The translations under genes and the position numbers were made by a program. Of a stretch of 34,156 bases of DNA, positions 1 through 10,040 are shown piece by piece. The notes below the pieces were generated by a model. It was not told where the DNA came from. It worked only from the letters and a program-made list of their open reading frames with translations, and ran no database searches. The stretch comes from Piedraia hortae CBS 480.64 (Eukaryota), in the NCBI GenBank assembly GCA_010093745.1, contig MU006051.1, positions 1-34,156 of the forward strand, given 5' to 3'. Position 1 is the first letter of the stretch. Every line of letters begins with the position of its first letter.

Positions 1-59
1 GTCAACTAGTTTTCCGTAGAGATTTGTATGCAGGTACACATCTGCTCACAATTATAATA
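1..59 (+). mobile_element. 3' part of 124-bp LTR-like repeat (family C), cut by the window edge
   Basis: Near-identical to 6804-6862 and to the reverse complement of 34062-34120; similarity stops sharply after ACAATTATAATA. Confidence 0.85.
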
Positions 60-205
60 CTTCTGTTTTCGGCCCGTTCTGCAACGGCCCGTTCCGGACC
101 TTTCAGATGTGTTTCTGCCGGGGCATCCCGTCGGAGCGGCCCGTGACGCATTTTGACACATTCGCGTAGAGCAATCTATAGAGAACACAATACGATCTTG
201 CCAAC
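60..205 (-). repeat. Fragment related to LTR family B
   Basis: Minus strand carries ATGCGTCACGGGCCGCTCCGA, matching ATGCGGCACGGGCCGCTCCGA at about 6706-6726. It begins GTTGGC like the local LTRs. Boundaries are approximate. Confidence 0.45.
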
Positions 206-412
206 TAGTTGCAACTGTTCAGCGTTTCGCTCTACGTACCATACCGACTCTCATACACGACTCTTCTTATTGTAGGGCAGTCGGCTCAGTGTCAACACGA
301 CTCCTGCTGCCGAGATACCGTCGTGCTTTTGAGCGTACTGGAAGCACACAGACACTGTCATACGTCACATCTGTCACAAATCTAACATCCCCAAAAACCC
401 AACGTCATACCG

Positions 413-825
413 ATGAACTGGTGGACTACTGGTTGTGTTTACGGGGCGACCTCGGTTGTTCTAGGAGCGTTTGGGGCTCACGGGTTAAAGTCAAGAGTCT
501 CTGAACCCTCGCGCATTGCCAACTGGGGCACCGCTGCACACTACCAGGTATATTGGTTTGCCATGACAGCTAATTAGCCACGAGGTCAGCTAACGCTTCA
601 TAGTTAATCCACTCAGTGGCTCTGTTGCTAGCCGAGCAGGCAGCACCGAGAAATGTCTGGGCTAAATCGCTTTTCGCAGCAGGTATGACCATGTTCTCTG
701 GGTCGATATATCTACTTGTACTCGATCCCGCAAGATTCAGACCTCTAGGTCCTGTAACGCCGCTGGGTGGAACCTGTCTTATCGCCGGATGGCTGGCGTT
801 GGCATTTGGGAAGAAGGGGAGATGA
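413..825 (+). CDS. DUF423/TMEM256-family small membrane protein (118 aa, 2 exons)
   Basis: Exons 413-547 and 604-825; intron GTATAT...GCTAAC...TAG. The spliced protein has the family motifs LGAFGAHGL, WGTAAHYQLIH, FSGSIY and GPVTPLGG. Confidence 0.93.
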
Positions 826-1095
826 GTGCAATACAGCGCAGAGACGTGTAAAAAGATCTAATTATCGATTAATCCGGGTGCGTAGTAGCACCTCGGCACT
901 CTGTAGCTTTGAGACTTTAGCCGTGGTTGTGGTTTCGGGCAAAGCATGTCGTGTCATCGAACGCAGATTGTATGACGTAATGACGCAATCTCGAGCACGT
1001 GACCGAGTTAGGGTGAACAACAACACGCGCTCGAAGGTGTGGTGTCGAGTCTAGCATTGCGAATTCCCTTTCCGTCACACTGATTCGGACCTGCG

Positions 1096-3325
1096 ATGGA
1101 CGGCAGAAAGAAGCGCAAGAGCGCGCCAGGTGCGACTCCGGGGTCTTCTGAGGGAGCCGCCTCGAAGAAATTGAAACTTCTAGTAAGTCAGCGCTTGTTC
1201 GCGCGTTAAGATGCGCTTTCTTCGGTGGTGTGTTCGTTTATAGCTGGCGGATATCCCGGCGTGATGCTTCTGTTGGCGTGTTTAACTAGTCGAAATCAAG
1301 GCAAAAAGTCCCACCATGGCTATCTGCAGAGCCCCATCTCACACCCCACAACAAACTAGTCGCAGCAATCACTAACCATGCTCTCTTATTTTAGAACTCG
1401 AATTCTCGCAAGCAGCATGTAGATGTCCAAGGACTGGGCAAGAAATTGCTTGAGCAACTTCGCAATGCCACAGACAAGAAGTCGGTGACTGGAGCGCCAC
1501 AATTGGCTTGCATGCTGACCTGTTCGTAGCGGAAATCCGATTTCCGAAGAGTTTGCAGAGCTCCCCTCGCGCGCGGAGCTACCGCATTACTATGAGACCA
1601 TCAAGCTCCCAGTATCGTTCAGCATAATAGAAGCGAAACTAGATAATGACCTGTACCCAACAATGACGACGTTGGAGTCCGACCTGAAGCGCATGATACA
1701 AAATGCGAAGGAATTCAACAAGCCCAACAGCGACATCCCAAACAAAGCTGAGAAGATACGCAAGAGAGTCTACGACTTCATGAAAATCCACAATCCGGAG
1801 TACAGGAGTAATCCGCGGTATACAAGTTTTCCGACACCCATCCCGCCTGACGAAGGTGCTGGTGGGGCGCAAACAAATGCTGCAGGCACCACCACCACAC
1901 CTGCCACTCCCACAAACATGCCCAAGTCGGTTCCCAAGATCCGCTTGAAGGCGTCTGAAGCTCGCACCCCTTCTGCTGCCCCTAGCACTGGTACTGCTGA
2001 CGGCGACGATAACAAGGGTGTGCAGCCGAGCGCAGAGCTCAACCTCACAGGGCTCTCCTTCCAAGACGCGCAGCGAGCCATTATCTCGTACCTCATCACT
2101 TACGTAAACGAAGAGTACGTTCTAAGTCTACTTAACGCAACGGAAGCTGACAGGTAGACAGAGGCCTCATGATCTACGATCCGTTTGTGAGTTTGCCCTC
2201 TCGTAGACTGGAAGACTACTACCGAATCATCAAAAACCCCGTCTCTCTGAAGAGTCTCCTGAACAAGTGCAAGGGGCAGCGCGGCCGCGCTGGATCAACT
2301 GGGGTGTCCGATTTCAAGACCTGGGATGAGTTCGAAACGGCCGTGAGCGGCATCTGGAAGAATGCTCAGGAATATAACGAGGACGGCAGTGACTTGTTCT
2401 TGCTGGCTAATGAGTTCAAGGTGAGCTGGAGTCATCCAGCTATCATACGTACCCCATTGCTAACTAAACGCAGGACCACTTTTACGAGTTGCTCGAACAA
2501 GCCAAGGGGAAGGTTGAGGGGCCCTCCACCTCTTCGCGTATCAAAATCGCTCCACCCAAGCCAAAGGTTGTCCTTAATGCGTCCCAGCCACAGACTGCTG
2601 TGGGCGATTCTGGAGCTGGGCAACAGCAGACACGCGCCGCTTCCCTTGGAGTTAACCACGAAGTCGCCCCGGTAGCTGCGACTGCTGCTTCGGAGATCAG
2701 CCAACCTGTTCTATTGCCTCCTGGCTCAGCCACTTCTGCGCGTGAATCTATGCAGCCTGCGGCTCCGAACTCCTATGCCATGCCGCGCCACGAGCAGCCC
2801 GAGATGCTGACCCCTGCTGCGCATCTGGACGCCTTCAACGATGCGACTAACAGTGCAGCTCATCCCCATAGTGCTCTTGTTGGCCCTCCGAGCCGCGCAG
2901 CTAAAGATTCCACGCCTTTCGACATGGCTCTACTGCCTAGTGTGTGGCTGGTGACGATCCCTCCGCCGCACCTGGCATCAGCCTTCGGCCACATCGTAGC
3001 GGATCCAGATCTCACTCAACAGTCTGTTGGGATGTTGTTGGGATCCGAACATCAATTCATCAAGATCGCCGCGACCGTCTCGGAAGAGCTCACAAATGGG
3101 TGGCCTTACAAGCTGTTTGTTCTGATCAATGGCTTGCGTGTCAACCAGAAAGATACACAGTACAATGCTCGTTTTGGCATTCGTTCGCATATCTACGAGG
3201 GCACTCTTACGGTCGGCATGTCGAATCGTATTCAAGTCGAGATTGTCGCAGCCAAACATGACGGCTCCGAGCATGCTTTGGACAGAGAGATGGCTTTGTT
3301 TCTCGTGCACTTGAATCGTTCTTAA
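1096..3325 (+). CDS. Tandem-bromodomain protein, RSC4/polybromo-like chromatin remodelling subunit (about 622 aa, 5 exons)
   Basis: Exons 1096-1182, 1395-1480, 1530-2114, 2162-2420 and 2474-3325 splice in frame. Two bromodomains (F..LPSRAELPHYYETIKLP...NAKEFN; F..LPSRRLEDYYRIIKNP...NAQEYN) and a basic N-terminal NLS. Confidence 0.88.
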
Positions 3326-3584
3326 GGGGACACTTCGACTGTGAGTGGAAGCCTGCGCGGCTGTAGACAGACTATGCAGCTAATGGTCAAACAACAGTTT
3401 GCATTGCTTTATTGTACTTTTAAACACTAATTGCGGTGGATGGCCTCATTGTCTGTAGGAGTTTAGACATTGAATATCAGCGTTGAGCATCATTGCAGCA
3501 TTTGTGTGGGTGGGATGAACTGGTTAAACGCAAAACGCAGAAGGTGTACTGAATAATACTGCTCTATGTAATTTGCCTATAAGC

Positions 3585-5252
3585 TTACTCGGGCCTTTCG
3601 TTCTCGGGCAACGATTGATGCAGCATTGACGTCGTGTCTACCGTCGAGCCACGTATTCCGGATAACAACGCTGTGTCTAAAGCTTTGGTTGAAGTAAGCC
3701 CTTCAGCTGCTGTCAATACTTGCGCAATTTCATGCACCTGTGTGGAATTGTGATGGGCTTGGTCCCCCATGACCACGCTGGGGCGGCCTACACTTTGTAA
3801 CATTCCGATTGCTTCCTCGTTCTTATTTTGGGCATTCAAGATGACCACAATGGCGCTCTTGACAGTCAGTGTCATGTGATGATCAGCACCTAAAGTCCTT
3901 CCAAAGTCTCGCCTAGCAAGATGAAGAGATTTGATTGCGTCGTCGAATCTTCCTTGTTTTCCAAGCACAAGACCCCAGTGGAAAGTGACGGTCACACTTT
4001 TCACGTGAGACACGCCATAGACTTCGTAGAACAAGTGCACGCACTTTCGAAGAAGAGTTTCCGCTTCTCCAAGCTTTCCGAGGATAGCAAGGATCAAAGC
4101 ATGCATATGACTGGCGTTGATTGTCATTTTGTGCTTCGGTCCCTTGTTCAAATCACAACCTTTTTGCGCCTTTCTAAACAAACGTTCAGCTTCTATCAGC
4201 TGGCCTTGTTCTCCATACCTCTTGGCCAGATTCAACATCACTTCTACTGCGTCCGGATGCATGAGCACCAGCGATCTCTCCCGTGCCTGTAACACATGGA
4301 CACAAGCGTCTAAAGCTTGTTGCTGCTTGCCTTGTCTATCGTAGACAGGCACCAATTGGTAGAGCGATTCGATAGTGAGAACATGTCTCTCTCCGAGAGT
4401 CTGCTTCCTGCCCGTCCAGGCTGTCCAGAATTGCTCCTCAGCCCGACGAAAGTCAGCATATTCCAGGGCGTTTTTTCCCAGGCTGTGCGTTACGGCTAAA
4501 GTAAGCTCGTCAGCTTCACCTAATTCTGCAGAACACCACTCCTGAAGTTTGACTAGTAGCATCTCCGCCGCGGCCGTTCTCTGGAGATTCATCAGGCATA
4601 CTGCGAAGTCATGTGCATGTTGCAAAGAAGTAGGATGTCTGCGTCCTAGTCTGTGGTTATACCCAAGATAAGCTTCCAGGTACAGTGGAAGAGCCAGATC
4701 ATTCTGACCGCCATCGACATAGTGAGCAGCCAGAGAGGAGATGGCCTTCAGCGAAATACGATGTTTTGGATCTAGTGTCTCCCGACAGCTTCGTAAAGCC
4801 TGCAAGTAGAGCGGCCTTGCGAGCTCAGGATGTCGACGATTGTAAACAGTGGCAAGATCGATCATGGTCTCTATGGTGCGAGGACTTTTCGAGCCTCGTG
4901 AGGCTATACGCTGGTGCAGAGTCCGGTAATACAGCTCTTCGGCCTTGTCCATGTCACCTTTGCAGAAAAATACATGTGCGAGCTCGTTGGCTGATGAAGT
5001 TGCTGCGTCACCATTTTCACCGCATAGGCGCTCTCTGCCGGTAAGAGCAAACTCGAGCATTGCGCGCGCTTTCGTTAGGTTGCCCTGCTGCCTGTACAAG
5101 ATGCCCAGGACATGGACGATGATGCATCGGCATGGGTTAACGTACGGCGTCGATGCCTCGGATACGGCCAGATTGCCCTCCCAGATGGCGATCTTCTCTG
5201 GTAGCTCCTCTGGATCAAAGTCCTGGAAATCCATCACTTGTGGGTCGTCCAT
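3585..5252 (-). CDS. TPR protein with about 10-11 kinesin-light-chain-type 42-aa repeats
   Basis: 555-aa open frame with periodic L...Y..QG....A..L...AL......LG..H..TL units. A CTAAC...AAG just upstream of the ATG could mark an upstream intron. Confidence 0.88.
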   Translation of the reverse strand: MDDPQVMDFQDFDPEELPEKIAIWEGNLAVSEASTPYVNPCRCIIVHVLGILYRQQGNLTKARAMLEFALTGRERLCGENGDAATSSANELAHVFFCKGDMDKAEELYYRTLHQRIASRGSKSPRTIETMIDLATVYNRRHPELARPLYLQALRSCRETLDPKHRISLKAISSLAAHYVDGGQNDLALPLYLEAYLGYNHRLGRRHPTSLQHAHDFAVCLMNLQRTAAAEMLLVKLQEWCSAELGEADELTLAVTHSLGKNALEYADFRRAEEQFWTAWTGRKQTLGERHVLTIESLYQLVPVYDRQGKQQQALDACVHVLQARERSLVLMHPDAVEVMLNLAKRYGEQGQLIEAERLFRKAQKGCDLNKGPKHKMTINASHMHALILAILGKLGEAETLLRKCVHLFYEVYGVSHVKSVTVTFHWGLVLGKQGRFDDAIKSLHLARRDFGRTLGADHHMTLTVKSAIVVILNAQNKNEEAIGMLQSVGRPSVVMGDQAHHNSTQVHEIAQVLTAAEGLTSTKALDTALLSGIRGSTVDTTSMLHQSLPENERPE

Positions 5253-5467
5253 CTTTCCTTGTTAGCACAACGATGACAAGTAAGAGCCGATCTATGGGGT
5301 ATTAGATATGCTGTCTTCAACTGCGAAATGGTTGCTCCCAAACGATAAGTCCGTGGGACACAGGAGTATGTTCGGTCGAATAAGAAACTCCCTGTAATCC
5401 TCCACTTTGCGCGGTTAAGAGTGCAAGTGGAATGCAATGGCGCTAAGGACGCCCCTTGCCCTACACA

Positions 5468-5591
5468 GGTGGGTCTACGTGCGCGTAAACGATCTGGGTG
5501 AACATATGGGTCGATTTTTACACGTTTGGAAGGGTTGGGTCAAGTATATGGGTGGGTCTACACGCGTATGCAAGGATTGGGTGGGTTTTAC
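5468..5591. repeat. Degenerate tandem repeat, about 3 x 40-42 bp
   Basis: Units start at about 5468, 5508 and 5550; consensus roughly GGGTGGGTCTACACGCGTATGCAAGGATTGGGTCAAGTATAT. Confidence 0.55.
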
Positions 5592-5699
5592 AAATGAAGA
5601 GGCTATGGGCGAAGAGAGGAAGGAGAGGATGCCGAGATGCCACCCGCTGTAGGCCCCCAAGATTGTCGGAGCAAGGTGGAAGCCCTACCACCTTATATG

Positions 5700-6388
5700 T
5701 GAATGAAGTCTCGTTGCTATGAGTGTACAATGCCACTGCGCGACACCCCTTACACCAGCAGCTGCACCCTAGGCTTTGTCATCACCGAGGTTTCCCTCAG
5801 GGTCATGTCGTATGCGACATGGTGAATGCGCCCTGATACTGCTTGATGTGAGTCATGGAGTAAGTCTGCATGTACGACCACCGGCTTACGGTCATACGAT
5901 TGATGACTCCTCATACGATGCTACGCACTGGTCTACCGGCCCAGAATATATTCTATGATGTCCCCTCGTAAGTACACTTGTATTAACTTGTACACACCTG
6001 TACTCTCCATGTTGGATTCAAGCATCGCCGCTAGCGCGTATGCAGGGCACTTGCATAGCAAGTCAGCGATACCTCCTACACTACCAGCTGCACCCTAGGT
6101 TTTTGCCTCACAGAGGTTTTCCCTCAGGGTCATGTCATATGTGACATGGTGAATACGCCCCGCTAGTGTACGACGTGACGTCACCGGCCCACCGGAACAG
6201 AATTTTCATTCTGAACGTCCCCTTATTGAAAATAGTCATTCACACTACCATGCTGCAACTGGTATTTTGACTTACACACATCTACATCTTTCCTGTCCCT
6301 GTTTCCGTCTATCGCTCCGCCCTCTTCGGGTCGCTGTGCACTCTCACCCACGAGAGCTAAATACCTACAGCACATACCATCTGTTTCA
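5700..6388 (+). mobile_element. Solo LTR, type A2, interrupted by a type A1 LTR
   Basis: TGAA...TTCA termini; ATATG direct repeat on both sides (5695-5699, 6389-6393); homologous to 10353-10728. Confidence 0.85.
6010..6369 (+). mobile_element. Solo LTR, type A1 (360 bp), nested
   Basis: TGTTGG...CTACA; highly similar to 24197-24558 (minus) and 9685-10040. Confidence 0.88.
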
Positions 6389-6536
6389 ATATGCATAGCA
6401 ACAAAAAGAAGGGTAAAGATCCACGGTACGATCTCCTCTCGTTGGACAGCAAAAATGGATACCGGAGATAGAAAGGATATCCCTGGTCAAAAAATACCGA
6501 AAATCATAATGCTGATATCATGAACTAGCGACAAGA

Positions 6537-6871
6537 TGTTGATGTACAGGGGAGTTCTTCATTCTATGTTTCTCGCACGCTCAAAAGCAAGAGGTCATCA
6601 TGGCAGCAAAAGGAGCCGCGTTGACACCGATCCAACTACTCTACAGCAAGAGGGGCCGTGTATGAGAGTCGGGCTATCTGGACCGAAATATGCCAACGTG
6701 CCGAGATGCGGCACGGGCCGCTCCGATGATGTGGTTCCTGTTGTGAATATGCGGTATATTACACGCATTATTAGTAACCGGCGCTCGGCTCTCGACTTCA
6801 CACGTCAACTAGTTTTCCGTAGAGATTTGTATGCAGGTACATATCTACTCACAATTAAAATAGTTCCAACA
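6537..6871 (+). mobile_element. Solo LTR, family B (about 206 bp without the nested element)
   Basis: TGTTG...CAACA inverted termini; contains the family C insertion; no matching TSD found. Confidence 0.6.
6739..6862 (+). mobile_element. Complete 124-bp LTR-like element, family C
   Basis: Begins TGTTGTGA and ends TTAAAATA; perfect 5-bp TSD GTTCC (6734-6738, 6863-6867); two more copies at the window ends. Confidence 0.85.
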
Positions 6872-7141
6872 GAATGACGTCATGTGCATATGCCGTGGAA
6901 CATCAGGCAGCAAATATAGTGAGCCTTCCGCTAGTCGGAAGAAGTATTGAGACTTTCACTTCGATTTCTGAACCTACACATTGTAGGATTCTGTGAGCTA
7001 CGAAGGTCAATCCGCGGTAACACAGCGAGATGCCCCGTCGAAACCAGATATGGCGTTAGAGGAAGAAGCATCGCCCGCTAAGACCACGCGTCATCCCTGC
7101 CAATTGGCATTGTAGCACACTTTCACAGCAACTCGCTTCAG

Positions 7142-7358
7142 GAGGTGTATTGGCATGAAGTCTCGTTGCTATGAGCACGTGAGCATATATGGCTGGACTT
7201 CTCAGGGCTTTTTTCTCGCAGAGGATGTTCCACCTAGGAGGTGGTCACGTCACATGATAGGATCACGGCGAATGCGGTCCGGGCCGTTCCGAAATGTGGC
7301 AGTCGAGGCACTTCAGCTCAACTCCTCACTTCCTCAATATAATAAGACAATACACCTC
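7142..7358 (+). mobile_element. Hybrid solo-LTR-like element with 11-bp inverted ends
   Basis: GAGGTGTATTG (7142-7152) and CAATACACCTC (7348-7358). The 5' part TTGGCATGAAGTCTCGTTGCTAT matches type A2; internal ATGCGGTCCGGGCCGTTCCGA matches family B. Confidence 0.6.
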
Positions 7359-8209
7359 AATGCATGAGCATAATGACGAATACTGTTCTTGTTCCCACTT
7401 TCTGTGTCCATATTGCACAAGACGCTGCGCTAGAACACCACCTCCACATTCCATTATATAGAAGTGGACGAATAAGGTTTGGCATACTTCATCTGATATA
7501 ACCTGCATGCGTCATCATGGACTTCTCAATATCACCACGAAGTTCAAACAGTCGATCATTCCCAACCATATCATGTCAAAAGTGCTTTGACCTACAAATT
7601 CCGTGAATGCCTCCACCCACTGACGTCCGTATGGCACAGCGCCCCATTCTTTACCTTCTAACTTCTTGGTCCCTTTCCTGGCTCACTGATCGCTCTCCTG
7701 ACTGCCTGACACTTCAGATGAGCACATCCTCCAGGAAGTCGAGTCCTTTGCTCCCTTACAGTTCAAAAAGCCCAATTCCCTTGCCATTAAAATTTACTAA
7801 CATTATCAGGTGTCGGTTTATGTGATCTTTCCTACCTTACACAGACCCAGGAGCTAAACATCATCAAATGGCAGCAGGCCCTTCGTAAGCATGCCCCCTA
7901 TGTGTGACCATAACTTGCTGCTATAACTTTCCAAGCCCGCTCCAAAGACTTAGAGCCCATACCTGAGACCAAAAAAGCTCTTTTAAAGCGCTACGCCGAG
8001 GAGCCATCCCCGTCCGAGGAAGTATTGTCCAAGACTCTTGCCAAAGTCTTGGACGAGGATAAAGCGAGGATAGCAAGGATAGAAAATCAAAGGGCGTTGG
8101 AGGGGAAGAAGAGGGAACAAGAGGATTAGATAGGAAATCGGACTGATCCTGGAAGTCTATAGTGTGCTAAACCCATATGTATATATATTGTAACAGCCCT
8201 CATAATAAT

Positions 8210-8700
8210 ACTTACGGTCATAGGTTGCAGAGAACGGAGAACCCCGTGCGTTCTTAATCTAAGAGTTCATTGTTTTTTTGTTTGCTTTGCTCTTCAAGAC
8301 AGACTCTGGAGAGCAAAATTGTTATTTGTGCAGGACGACCCTGCATGATCTTTAACCTATCCATCCTACCGTTGGGATATAGATAAAGAGACAGTCTCCT
8401 TTCAAGCTTCGAAGTGGAAGGATATCTAGGGCAGAAAATTTTCGGGGCCTGGCCTTTGTGCTCACAGTTGCATCAGTCGTTTGTACCATTGATTCGTTCT
8501 TTTCTCTTCAACTTTGTGACTTGGGTGCGGTCGTGATCCCCCTTCTTTGCTGTCTCCGAAGCCCTTGGCCGATCTGATATCAGCCCGCGCTAAGCGTCGG
8601 GCAGCTGCCGGATGTTGGGGTAAGGATACTTCATCCCATTTATAGAGTAGTACACACAAGCTGGGTTAGTATCAGGGGGCTACCACGGATAAATTTATGT
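8210..8700 (+). pseudogene. 5S rRNA pseudogene, apparently in two pieces (8210-8254 and about 8651-8700)
   Basis: ACTTACGGTCATAGGTTGCAGAGAACGGAGAACCCCGTGCGTTC matches the Pezizomycotina 5S 5' end, as I recall it, at about 30/44 ungapped positions. TATA-like run at about -30. CAAGCTG-GGTTAGTA-TCAGG-GGG..ACCAC resembles the 5S box A/box C region. Confidence 0.6.
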
Positions 8701-8997
8701 TCAGTTGCATCAACTTAAGTGCCGTTAAGCAACGCATCCAGTACCTTCTCGTACAGCAAAGAACGCCATTATGGTCACATCCCCCCACCAAGAGCTTCGT
8801 CTCAACCTCAGCACGTGGCTATAACCTGCACTGCTTGTCTTCTAGGCGTACAGGCCAATGGTGCTCGTTCACCCGGCTCTATCAGACTACACTTACAACC
8901 TAGAGAACATTCGAGGTGAAAGCTGGCTTGACCCAGGCTATTCTAAGCCAACTTTCATGAAATTATTAATGAACCTTTCCGGACCCACCAGCTCATA

Positions 8998-9416
8998 TTG
9001 CTCTCTTTTTCTTGTCCTTCTTCTCTTTGCAAAACCGCAAGAGCTACGCTTCAGCACAAAAGAAATGGCAGGAAAACTAGGCACCCAGAACCTGGCGCTC
9101 AGTACTTGAATCCCTTGCTTATGCAAATTTCCAAAGCTGACCCTTCAACAGGAGCCAGGAGCACCAAGGAAGTCGCAACCTTTGGGCAGCAATACTGCCA
9201 GCCCGAAGAGATATTGAGCATCCTCAAGTGGCTCAATTCCGTTGGTAGGATGACAATGTATCTTGATGATGGCATATGACTGATATCTGTTATACAGTGG
9301 AGCAAGAACATCTCAAACAAATCTGCGCCAATCTAATAGAGGCTGGTAAGCGAGAACGCGATGAGGATGGAATAGATCGCGCGGCAAAGTCGGCAAAAAA
9401 GAAGCCTTGCCATTAG
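8998..9416 (+). pseudogene. Decayed gene of unknown function; last exon 9298-9416
   Basis: Intron 9245-9297 (GTAGGA...CAG) joins the 8998 ORF to an exon similar to 22893-23027. The upstream part is fragmented and the start is unknown. Confidence 0.45.
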
Positions 9417-9684
9417 GGAGAGCAAGGGCAGTCCTGTAGGTATATAGCTCCGCTACGAATTTGCTCCCCTCCTGAAATGTACAGATGAGGCCCTATTGAC
9501 TAACAGAGGGGTTTTCATCTTGTAGCGTGTCACGATTCATGATGACCTGCCTTTTTTGCGAACCTTGTTATCAGCAAGAGGTGCTTTGTCGGCAGTCCCG
9601 GCAGCAAATCAACTGCAGAGCCGGGCCGTAAAACATGATTGACTTCTCCGGTAACACATCTCTAACTTCGACAGATGTCGTATT

Positions 9685-10040
9685 CGTTGGATTCAAGCAT
9701 CGCCACTAGCGCGTATGCGAGGCACTTGCATAGCAAGTCAGCGATACCTCCTACACTACCAGCTGCATCCTAGGCTTTTCCCTCACAGAGGTTTTCCTTC
9801 AGGGTCATGTCATATGTTCCATTAAGAATGCGCCCTGCTAGTGTACAACGAGACGTCACCGGCCCACCGGTACAGAATATTCACACTGACGTCCCCTCAT
9901 AGAGATAGTCATTCACACTGTCATATCGACACTGATATTGACTCATATCTATCTGCATCTGTCCTGCACTTGTTTCCGTCTATTGCTTCGTCTTCTTTCG
10001 GCCCCTGCGCACTCTCATCCACGGAAGCCCAATCTCTACA
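9685..10040 (+). mobile_element. Solo LTR, type A1
   Basis: (C)GTTGGATTCAAGC...CTACA; flanks GTATT/GTATC (4/5 TSD). Confidence 0.87.

Noticed and set aside
8208..8218. ATACTTAC resembles the U1 snRNA 5' end
   Set aside because: It lacks the essential CTG continuation and the U1 loops; the following sequence fits 5S better.
8293..8398. CAGACT...AAGAGACAGTCT resembles group I intron R/S (P7) elements
   Set aside because: There is no room or match for the P/Q elements upstream.
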